Position numbers and translations under genes: made by a program
Notes under the pieces: generated by a model
Told to the model about the DNA's origin: nothing
What the model saw: only the letters and a program-made list of their open reading frames with translations
Databases searched by the model: none
In this document: positions 42,639 to 52,003 of the stretch, in pieces
How the letters are laid out: every line of letters begins with the position of its first letter
Position numbering within the stretch: the stretch's first letter is position 1
Assembly (NCBI GenBank): GCA_937625935.1
Contig: OW569352.1
Span: 124,001 to 188,000, forward strand
Direction of reading: 5' to 3'
Origin: Tetramitus jugosus
Lineage: Eukaryota > Protista > Heterolobosea
Length of the DNA: 64,000 bases

Positions 42639-43706
42639 TTAATTTGTTGAGGATGCCTGATCTGGCATCATTCGAGAAAAGAAAGCCGGATCGGTCTTTT
42701 TGATGTGTTGAAGATCTTTCATAGCTAGTTCAGGTTGTTGGCTGGCATTATAACACAATGCTCTCAGATAGAATACGAATACACCTGTCTCACCCATTTG
42801 GATCGCCTTTGTAAGATCGTTAATGGCTTGCTCCAATGTGAATAAATCACCATGAATCGCGCCTTTCAAATGTGTGTAATTATGAAAAATATGCTTGGCT
42901 CGAAGAAGATGCGTTCTAGGATGATTTAGACCGAGATCTAATGCTGCGGTACAGTCTTTGACGATTCGGTTCACATCTTCTCTCGTATAGCGATCAGTTC
43001 TGGCATCATACGCCATCGCTCTATTCATGTAAACAACAGGCTCACTCGGCTTCGCCGACAAGCTCTTATTGAAATAGTCAATCGCCTCATTTGGTAATCC
43101 ATCTTGCAAGCGCATGAAACCATAGCTGAACAATGCTTCAGCATTATCTGGATCACATTCGATAGCATTCTTCAAATCTCTCTCAGCCCGATTCTTCTTC
43201 TCAGCACTCGACTCATTAAACTGAGCACCACGTGTCACTTGTTGAAAGTGAGCCATGCCTCTCATTTGAAGCGCTTTTGATTTGAACGAATCCAACAAAC
43301 TTACAAAATTGTTTCGTTGTTCCGTATCTTTACTTGCCTTGGCCATGGAGTAACACTCTTCAATTGCGTCAATCGCCCTTGTGGACATGTTGATACAGAA
43401 TTCTTCATCCAGTGAGGACCAACTGTTCTCCGCTTCTTCAATGTACCGAGATATTTCGTTCATACGAAGATCGAGCATCACTTGCGACACTTCACCAGTG
43501 TTCCCTCGCCCTTCTTCACTCTGTTGTGCATTGTAAAGTACTGCATGACCATCTACAGTTCCAGAAAATGGTCGAAGAATGAGTTTGGGCGCCAAGGGAG
43601 ATTGGAAAGAGGGAATTGTGAATTTTTCAACCAGAACGAATCGATTGCGATAAACATGTTGCGACAAGCTTCTGCCAGACAAAACTCTTGATGCTCTTTT
43701 GATCAT
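42639..43706 (-). CDS. TPR protein, probably mitochondrial
   Basis: Arg-rich presequence from ATG 43706; TPRs (PDNAEALFSYG, EAIDYFNKSL, VYMNRAMAY, FYLRALCY). Confidence 0.78.
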   Translation of the reverse strand: MIKRASRVLSGRSLSQHVYRNRFVLVEKFTIPSFQSPLAPKLILRPFSGTVDGHAVLYNAQQSEEGRGNTGEVSQVMLDLRMNEISRYIEEAENSWSSLDEEFCINMSTRAIDAIEECYSMAKASKDTEQRNNFVSLLDSFKSKALQMRGMAHFQQVTRGAQFNESSAEKKNRAERDLKNAIECDPDNAEALFSYGFMRLQDGLPNEAIDYFNKSLSAKPSEPVVYMNRAMAYDARTDRYTREDVNRIVKDCTAALDLGLNHPRTHLLRAKHIFHNYTHLKGAIHGDLFTLEQAINDLTKAIQMGETGVFVFYLRALCYNASQQPELAMKDLQHIKKTDPAFFSRMMPDQASSTN

Positions 43707-43964
43707 GATTTCTTTTTGTTCTGTGGTTTGAAGCGCGGAAATAGGAGGAAATTTCATGAATCCAGAGGTTAAGATCTGCTCTTTGTTACCAATGAAAAAG
43801 ATCCTCACTGTGTCCACTGTATCATTTGACGTAGCGGCACATGATGATCAGAATGACTTCCTTTTGGATGTTGGAGCAACGGGGAAATGGGAGTAAGGAT
43901 TCCAATTATAAACACCTGATTCGACTGAACTCGCGAAATCTGCGAAATAACAAAATAAAACGAA

Positions 43965-45433
43965 ATGCCAATTGCTACAACTGCCTTCTATGCGACCAAA
44001 AATGCGGTAGCTTCACACATGGCTTACTCTCTGTTATCATCTTCTGTTTCTAATCATACGATTAATTGGAAGGAGGAGCTGTTTGCTTTTCCTGAACTTC
44101 ACTGGTGGCAATACTTTCTCTATGGTGGAATTTGTATGTTTTTGGTGTGCTTTGCTGGTCTCTGTTCTGGCTTGACATTGGGTCTTCTGTCCATTGATCA
44201 CATGTCATTGAGCATCTTGTTGGAAGCGGGTACAGAGCGTGAGAAAAAGTATGCAAGGCGATTAGAACCGATCTTGTCAAAGCATCACTTGTTACTGGTT
44301 ACTTTGTTGTTGTTTGTAAGTTTAAGGGTGGTTGAATGTTATTTGTGTTTTCACATGCTCTTTGTGCTAAGTTGTTTATGTTGTTGTTTGATTGTATTAT
44401 TATGTGTGAACAGAATGCACTTGCCATGGAAGCTCTACCGCTATTCTTGGATAGAATGGTGCCAGAATTTTTGGCAATTATGTTATCTGTGTCTTTTGTG
44501 CTGATTTTTGGAGAAGTGGTACCTCAAGCTGCAATCAGCAAGTACGGATTGGCTGTCGGTGGAAATTTGGCCTGGTTGGTCAGAATTCTAATGGTTCTTG
44601 CTTTCCCTATCGCTTGGCCCGCAAGTAAATGCTTGGACTTTGTTCTCGGAAAGGATCATAGTACATATTACAAGAGAGCTGAGCTCAAGGAACTTGTAAA
44701 CATTCATGCTGAGGGGCGTGGTGAAGGAGGAATTCTTAATGCAGATGAAATTTCTGTCATTAAGGGTGCGCTGGAGTTGAAGGAAAAGAGTGTCGAGAGA
44801 ATTACTACACCTTTGTCGAAGGTATTCATGTTGCCTTTGAGTGGTCAGATGGATGAGCGAACAATGGACGAAATTGTACAAAATGGTCACTCCAGAGTAC
44901 CTGTCTACAGAAACAATCGCCAGGACATTGTAGGCCTTTTACTCATTAAGAATTTAATCAAATTGGACCCAGGAAACCCAACACCAATTGCCGATTTACA
45001 ACTGAGAGAATTACCTGCTGTTTCGAACGATACTCAACTGTGGGATCTATTGAACATGTTCCAGATTGGAAAGAGTCACATGGCCTTAGTCAAGAGGAAA
45101 CTCAGCAGAGAAGAACAAGATCAGAACAACATCTCCTCTCCATCACAACAAATCTCGAACGATGACCTCGTGTTAGGTGTTGTTACATTGGAGGACATCT
45201 TCGAAGAGTTGATCCAAGAAGAAATTGTAGATGAAACTGATGTCTTTGTCGATATGCAACAACAGATTCGAGTTGCAGATATGTTTAGACGTGTCAGTGC
45301 ATCCATGCAACGAAGACAGAGCTCATCTTCGATGATACGACTCGCCTCTTCTCCATCGATTCCAATCCAAAATCGAACACCATTTGGGAATTCTTCTCCT
45401 CTAGGTTCAACTTCGATAACGTTCAGTCAATAA
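43965..45433 (+). CDS. CNNM: CNNM/DUF21-CBS metal (Mg2+) homeostasis protein, Mam3-like (2 exons)
   Basis: FAGLCSGLTLGLLS, HLLLVTLLLF|NALAMEALP (intron 44316-44413), FGEVVPQA, GHSRVPVY, GKSHMALV, GVVTLEDIFEELIQEEIVDETD. Confidence 0.93.
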
Positions 45434-45617
45434 AACGATGCTTTGTGACACAAAACAACCACATGAATCCCTTTTGGAAAAACACAGCTTCTCATCGTGT
45501 GATAATTTGCTCTGTGCTCTCACATTTATTATTGTTGACAATACAAGCAGCACCGTTCCAATAACAGATGATTGATGCAACAACACAAAACAAAGATTCA
45601 ATGGATACTAAGCTCAT

Positions 45618-45914
45618 CTAACAACCAAAAAAGCAGTAGTAATTTTTGCGGCGATAGATTTTTGGATGGTCACTCTCAGAGGAGAAGGACGTGCTATAAT
45701 CTGATGAGAAGGAATAATGGCGAGACATTGGTGGAGCATATCGACCATTATGACCATAGCGTCTACCATAACGTCCATGTTCACTCAACCAGGAATATAC
45801 AGGTCTCAGTTGTTGTTGACGTGATGGACGGTAGATGCGAGAGGCTTGGACATTGCAAGCAATAGCAATGATCAGTAAGATAATACAAATCCAAAAGGAT
45901 ATCAGCCTGTTCAT
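45618..45914 (-). CDS. Small secreted Arg/Tyr/Gly-rich protein with C-terminal CxxxC
   Basis: ATG start, strong signal peptide (LISFWICIILLIIAIACNVQA), HGRYG/HNGRY repeats, ends RRKNYYCFFGC. Confidence 0.62.
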   Translation of the reverse strand: MNRLISFWICIILLIIAIACNVQASRIYRPSRQQQLRPVYSWLSEHGRYGRRYGHNGRYAPPMSRHYSFSSDYSTSFSSESDHPKIYRRKNYYCFFGC

Positions 45915-46497
45915 TCTTTTATTTTTTGATAAGATGTTTGTTGGAGAACCGGGTGATCAGGTTCCGATAGGGAAGCTACCAGTGACATCTGAAGGATAAG
46001 ACATCCTGTACTCCCTTATCTGTGCACTGTCCGTTGATTAGGAACTTTTAAATCTCCGTCTACGGAACGCGACAAAAAAATGCGTGCAAAAAAATCTTGG
46101 AAACGAGAGAAAAAATAGCGTGGTGCTTCGAACGACTCCACCAAAAGCTTCACGCAGAACTTGTCAAAAACAAAAGCAATTGGAAAGTAACAGCAAAAAG
46201 CAGCCATTAGCTCTCTGTCAACCATTGTGTGCATTCATTTTTCAGCATTTTTCACCGCCATAGCTCAAAAGAATACGCACATATCTTCACAACCAATTTC
46301 AGTGAACTCCCTTTTGTGAAATACTCAATTTTACCCTTGCAAAAAGCGCAACAAGAACACATACTCTACTAGAGAAGCGAAAGACAGAATTCTTCTTCTT
46401 TTCGTTTCTTCACTCTTTGGTATTGAAAATTTACAAGTACACCTACACTTGATCATAAAGCTATTAACAACAACAAGAACTACAAGAACAACAAATC

Positions 46498-47037
46498 ATG
46501 GGACTCGTGAAAAGCAAGCATATTCATGTGCTGGTCGTTGGTATTAACTCCTCTGGCAAAACAAGTCTGATTTATCAGCTAAAGCTTGGTCATAATGTGC
46601 TCACATTGCCAACAGTTGGCTACCAGACTGAAAAAGTGAAGCTCTGCTCCACTGAGAAATCACCATCCATCACATTTGATATGATTGATATCGGTGGAGC
46701 TTCACCTATTCGCTGCCTGTGGAAGGAATTTACAAACAAGTGTGATGCCATTGTCTATGTTGTGGATGCCGCCAACCGGACAACTCTGCAAGAGTCCGCG
46801 CTCGAATTTCACAAGATTATGAACGAGCGGTTGGCCCATCACAGAAATTCATCAGTTCCTGTGCTCGTTTTTGCCAATAAACAGGACCTGCCCAATGCAG
46901 CGAGTGTCAGGGAGGTTTGCGAGCTGTTTCACGTTGCTCAGGACCGCGATATGTGTCACGTGCAGTCGTGCTGTGCAAGAGATGGTTCCGGTCTGAGTGA
47001 GGGCATGCAATGGCTCAAAACTTGTCTCTCAAAGTAA
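46498..47037 (+). CDS. ARF-like small GTPase (Arl)
   Basis: MG myristoylation start, GINSSGKT, PTVG, DIGGA, YVVDA, FANKQD, CCARDGSGL. Confidence 0.9.
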   Translation: MGLVKSKHIHVLVVGINSSGKTSLIYQLKLGHNVLTLPTVGYQTEKVKLCSTEKSPSITFDMIDIGGASPIRCLWKEFTNKCDAIVYVVDAANRTTLQESALEFHKIMNERLAHHRNSSVPVLVFANKQDLPNAASVREVCELFHVAQDRDMCHVQSCCARDGSGLSEGMQWLKTCLSK

Positions 47038-47290
47038 CCAGTCCACTTGCATTCGAGCTATCACTTGACAAGAAGAAAAACAACAGTCAATAAAGCTCGC
47101 TTCCTTTCCTCTCCTGCAAGTACCTTCGGGGTAATCCACAAGCGAAGCAGCAAACTAAATTTGACTTGTATTGCCCGACTCCCAAAAACCTGAGTTTGTC
47201 TGAGGCACACAAAACGAACATCGAGAGGCTTTTGTTGCGCTTCGGTCTCCATAAGAAAACCAAAAAACAACATCACGACGAACAACAACA

Positions 47291-48512
47291 ATGATACGCA
47301 GTCACCACAGTGAAGACCACAATTCTCTGCAAGACTCACTAGTGGAGGACAATAATTGTCTCAAAATGGACAATGATCCATGTCAACTCATTGCCCAGAA
47401 TTTACAGTCGCTCAAACAATGTAAACAAACGCTGACACAACTCGTAAGTAAAACAAACAAGCAGACGCACCACCAAAACATGACACATTGCTCACACACA
47501 ACATCTCATACATGCTATACTATGATATTAGATGCATAAACTGGGAGGAAACAAGGATTCTGCCACTGTTCGATCCGATATATCAACTATTCGAGGCAAA
47601 GCACTCAATCTCTCACGTCATATTCACTCTGAGCTCACAGAGTTACGGAATCAACAACAACGAGACAAATCAAAGAGAAATATTTCAGCGAATCGAAGTC
47701 GAATGATGAGAAAGGAGTTGGAAGAGGAGTATGGCACCATTTTGCCTCAACTTCAATCCGTGTTTGACGATATTAAATCCAATGAACTAAAATTTCCCAT
47801 TCAAAAGCTATTCAATAACAATAATAACAGTAACAATAGTAACAATAGTAATAACAAACATGGACAGAGTTCGATAACGTCCAGTGGCAGAAAATATGCC
47901 AATGATACAGATGAAATGCTCTCCATGTTGTTGGACAAGAATAGAGATGGTCAATTTGTGGAAATTACGGATCAGGATCTCGATTTGGAAGAGGAGAGAG
48001 AGAAGGAGGAGAATGAGAGAGATTTGGACAGTTTGTTGCAAGTGTTTGAAAATTTGCATGATTCTGTGCTTGTTCAAGAAGAGAAAATACAGGTCGTTGC
48101 TGAAAATATCGAAAAGGCAGCAACAGACGTCCATCAAGGAACAAAGTTTCAACAGAGAGCTGCGAGATTTGCAGCAATTGCTGGAGCGACCATTGTCGGA
48201 GGTTTGATTGGAGCGGCAGTAGGTGGACCGGTTGGCTTAGTCGTAGGAGCCAATATAGCTGTGGGAACTGGATTGGCAGTGGGCGCAGGTGTGGGAGTGG
48301 GTATGAGTGTGGGTGCAGCTGCAGGATTCGGAGGAAAAAAGATTGCAGATAAGGTCAATGGTGCCCACAGAAAGCTAAAGAGAACTGCGGAAGACACTGC
48401 ATCGTCATCGGAAACACAGGCTGATAATTCAACAAAGACGACAACTCTCACTGAGTCGATATCGAAATCGACGAGTCAAGAATCTCTAAATGCTCAGCAA
48501 GAGCAATTGTAA
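47291..48512 (+). CDS. STX17: Qa-SNARE, syntaxin-17-like with Gly-zipper hairpin anchor (2 exons)
   Basis: Intron 47444-47531; Habc LGGNKDSATVR; SNARE VLVQEEKIQVVAENIEKA; hairpin VGGLIGAAVGGPVGLVVG...GFGGKKI followed by a soluble tail. Confidence 0.78.
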
Positions 48513-48673
48513 ATGTACGTTATCTTTTTATTCATTAATTATTTTCGTTATTGTTGTTGTTGCTGTTCCGAACAATCTATACATGTGATCCTTTTGTGCA
48601 CCAGCACAATTATCACAGCGATGGGAATGAATACAAATCAAATTTGTATTCAAGTGATTTCAACTCACTAAAG

Positions 48674-50047
48674 TTATGAGAAGATTTGAATTCTTCTGTT
48701 TCCAACTTCGTTCACAACAATGTATCCGTTTGATGTGATGCACACACCGGTCGGTCTATCGAATTGACCACTCTGAGTCGATGCTTGCAAATCAGATGAT
48801 CCATACGAAGTCACATACACAAAGTTTTCATTCTCCCTGTCAACCATTCCCTCCAATCGAGCACGGTTCACATCAAACACCTGAACTCGATTATTGTCCT
48901 GATCACACACAATCAAGTATCCATTAGGTGATACGGCGATACCTCTTGGCATGTTGAACTCACCAGGTCCAGTTCCACGCTTTCCAATGGAAAACAAGTA
49001 ATCAAACGACTCGGAGAACACTTGAATACGATTGTTGCACGAATCACTGACGAAAATCATGGTACTCGCTCCGTTATGAGTCAATTCACTACAGTGCTCC
49101 GTATTGACTGCAAGAGTCGCCGTGTCATTGACACAGGCAGGTACATTCTCCCAAATGGCCACATCACATGGACAATTGAACTCTCCGTCAGCTCTGCCTT
49201 CGTAGCCAAAACCGTCCATAAAGTCACCATTGGGCTCAAACACCTGGACACGATGATTATTGGAATCACAGACATAGATTCTGTTCTTGGAGTCGACAGT
49301 GAGACCCCATGGACACTTTAACTCACCTTCTTCATCACCCTGATGACTCACCGTTTGCAACACATCCAAATTCTTGCTCAACACAGATACCTGGTGATTT
49401 CTGTTTTCGGAGACAACAATTTGACCCTTGGAGTTGATTGCGATACCTGTTGGACAAGAGTACTGGAGAATGGAGAGACCTGTCATGCCAGTCTTTGAGA
49501 ATTTGATGCTTGATCGAGAAGAGAAGATTCCACCACCACTCTTCTTCTTTCCACTGTTGCTTCCACTGCTCTTTTGACTACCACTGCTATTGGTATTGTT
49601 GGTATTGTTGGTATTGTTATTATTGTTGTTGTTGCTAGAGGTTGGGGCTGCTTGATCAGTCGTGTCAGTAGTCGTTGCTGTTTGAGCAGCAATGGATGCA
49701 TTACTGCGAGGACTAGTTGCACTATTACTGTTGTTGCTGTTGTTGCTATTCTTGGAAGATGATTTGGGAAGCTTCAACGTATAGCGAACAACTCTGTGAT
49801 GAGTATAGTCAGTCACATAGAGATTTCCCTTGTTGTCAACAGCACTAAAGAAGGGTGATTGGAGGTCAGGGTCCTGAATCACACCCAACGTTTGCAAATG
49901 GAAGTGATTGTGAAAGTGGAGAGAAGCAGTGTTGTCTTCAAAGCTGTTGCGACCTTGAGAACCAGTGTCTCCATAGGTTGAGCTTTCGTCATTGTTTTTA
50001 TTGTTGTTGTTGTTGTTGCCATTGGCTTTTGCGTTTTTTTGACCCAT
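48674..50047 (-). CDS. NHL-repeat beta-propeller protein, probably N-myristoylated
   Basis: MGQKNAK start (ATG 50047); six NHL repeats (PTGIAINSKGQIVVSENRNHQV, PWGLTVDSKNRIYVCDSNNHRVQVF, PRGIAV...DQDNNRVQVF). Confidence 0.9.
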   Translation of the reverse strand: MGQKNAKANGNNNNNNKNNDESSTYGDTGSQGRNSFEDNTASLHFHNHFHLQTLGVIQDPDLQSPFFSAVDNKGNLYVTDYTHHRVVRYTLKLPKSSSKNSNNSNNSNSATSPRSNASIAAQTATTTDTTDQAAPTSSNNNNNNNTNNTNNTNSSGSQKSSGSNSGKKKSGGGIFSSRSSIKFSKTGMTGLSILQYSCPTGIAINSKGQIVVSENRNHQVSVLSKNLDVLQTVSHQGDEEGELKCPWGLTVDSKNRIYVCDSNNHRVQVFEPNGDFMDGFGYEGRADGEFNCPCDVAIWENVPACVNDTATLAVNTEHCSELTHNGASTMIFVSDSCNNRIQVFSESFDYLFSIGKRGTGPGEFNMPRGIAVSPNGYLIVCDQDNNRVQVFDVNRARLEGMVDRENENFVYVTSYGSSDLQASTQSGQFDRPTGVCITSNGYIVVNEVGNRRIQIFS

Positions 50048-50532
50048 CCTTCTCTCTTGTTTGTTGTTGTTGTTGTTAGGTTGTGAGGTTTGTGTGAAAC
50101 GAGAGATGAATATCAGCTGTATGTTGCAAATGTGTGGTGAAGTGGTGAAGAAGTTGTTGCTTTTCAGTTGAGGTGGATGAGATAATGGGCACAAGACTTC
50201 CTGTCCAAGTCAAAAACAGCCGCTCAATTCACCAGTAAAGGTCTGATTGGTAGTGTTCTTGCACGACGTCGTTGTGCGTGTCTCCTTTTCTAGACGGTTG
50301 ACATGTGACTGGATGTGTTAAACCGGGAAAAGGACGCTTAAACTGTCAGATTCGACCAGAATTGTGCGTACCACCGAAAAAAGCGGTCAACATTTACAAA
50401 AGCCGTCACAAACATCGATCAACACTTGATTCATTATCCCGACCAGCAACAATCCAAAAAAAAAGCTCGCTCTCGTCACACAAAAAAAAAAAAGAGTATC
50501 ACAGCACATACCACAAGCGTTCGAACGATAGA

Positions 50533-51981
50533 ATGAGGCGAGGAAGCAACACCAATGCACACAGCCCAGTTGCCATACGATCAGCACCCAACTTTCAAAC
50601 GACAACACCGTCCAGAGCAACACCTCCTCATCAACAATACCACCTCCTCCAACAACAGCTTCAACAGCTTCAACAACAACAACAACAACAACAACAACAT
50701 CACCACCAATCTATCAGTTCTTCCTCATACTTCGAAGAATGGTTGCAAGTCGATAAGAGACGCAGAGAAATTTGTTATAGTCTCACAAACATGATACAAT
50801 TGTTGATGAGTCATTTACCATTCAAACGACAACACGGTCTCAATCAATTGATTCAATTTTTGAACCAAATGCTTGGTCAACAACAACAACAGACAAATTC
50901 TTCTTTTTCATCGGGGAATCGGAATAGCGGCAATACTAATAATCCGACAATTCAACAACAACAGAATGATGTAGAGTTGTTTCATTTGATTCATGGAACG
51001 GCATGTGAGGACACCAATGTCATTGTTGCTGTTTGTAAATACATTTTAAGAAAACAAGTCTATTTATCATCATCATCATCATCATCATCATCCAATCATG
51101 CAAACAACAATGACCATAGTGACAACAACAACAATAACAACAGTAAGACTCCTACTCGCACGAATTCACTCTTGATGATGAGTGCAGGTGATGATGGAGA
51201 TGCAGGGTCATTGTCCATTGAGAATGATCAAGTTCGGTATCATTTGAACACGAGAGAATCACGCATATCTGAGATTAAACAGGGATTAACAGTGCTCGAA
51301 GGCTGTTTTCTCTTGTCTTCCAAGTGTTCTGCTACGTTGTCAGCCATCAATGGTTTCAAACTCATTTTAAACATCTTGTCAGAGGGACCCATGTACATTA
51401 ACGATGCCAAGTACTTGCATTTCAAGCATGCTGCACACAATATTAGTAACAACAATGGCAGTGGTAGCAGTAACAACAACAATAATAATAGTAATAGTAG
51501 TCGATCGAGGAGTGCGAATGGTGGCGGTTCCTCTCAATCGAATGGAGTAGGACTCGATAAACACATGGAAGAGATTCAATTGTTGGCATTGGATACACTG
51601 GAAGCAGCTTTGCACAATAGCTTTAGCAATATTGTATTGTTTTGTGCAGAGTCTGGACCCGATGTGATTGTGACAATGCTGTGGAATAGTGCGCTTGCAC
51701 AATCTGTGCGCATCAAATGCATAGAATTCATCATTTTCTTGATCAAATGGGCTCAGGAAACGGATGAACAGGCAGGTATAGCACCTGCAGAGTCTCTTCA
51801 TGACTGTAACAGTGAAGAGTCCACAGCAGGCTCAGTAATGAACAGAATTCAAGTTTTCTTAGGTGCAAAACTAGCGAGTGATTTCATCGACCTCTATCAA
51901 AAAGTGAGCAGCAAAAAAGATGGTGTTTTGGATCAACATGCGATTGAGCAATTTATCAAGCGGATGGATCAAAGGTCTTGA
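50533..51981 (+). CDS. cdc14: S. pombe-type SIN Cdc14 (Sid1-kinase partner, ARM-like; not the phosphatase)
   Basis: GLTVLEGCFLL, IQLLALDTLEAALHNSFSNIVLFCAESG and VRIKCIEFIIFLI match my recollection of the fungal CDC14 (PF08045) blocks; poly-Q/N/S inserts. Confidence 0.68.
   Translation: MRRGSNTNAHSPVAIRSAPNFQTTTPSRATPPHQQYHLLQQQLQQLQQQQQQQQQHHHQSISSSSYFEEWLQVDKRRREICYSLTNMIQLLMSHLPFKRQHGLNQLIQFLNQMLGQQQQQTNSSFSSGNRNSGNTNNPTIQQQQNDVELFHLIHGTACEDTNVIVAVCKYILRKQVYLSSSSSSSSSNHANNNDHSDNNNNNNSKTPTRTNSLLMMSAGDDGDAGSLSIENDQVRYHLNTRESRISEIKQGLTVLEGCFLLSSKCSATLSAINGFKLILNILSEGPMYINDAKYLHFKHAAHNISNNNGSGSSNNNNNNSNSSRSRSANGGGSSQSNGVGLDKHMEEIQLLALDTLEAALHNSFSNIVLFCAESGPDVIVTMLWNSALAQSVRIKCIEFIIFLIKWAQETDEQAGIAPAESLHDCNSEESTAGSVMNRIQVFLGAKLASDFIDLYQKVSSKKDGVLDQHAIEQFIKRMDQRS
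50671..50697. repeat. (CAA)9 microsatellite encoding poly-Gln
   Basis: Visible tandem CAA triplets. Confidence 0.9.
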
Positions 51982-52003
51982 ATCAAATAAAGTTTTACGT
52001 GCT

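Noticed and set aside
50533-51981. Cdc14 dual-specificity phosphatase
   Set aside because: No HCxAGxGR motif; it resembles the unrelated S. pombe SIN protein of the same name.
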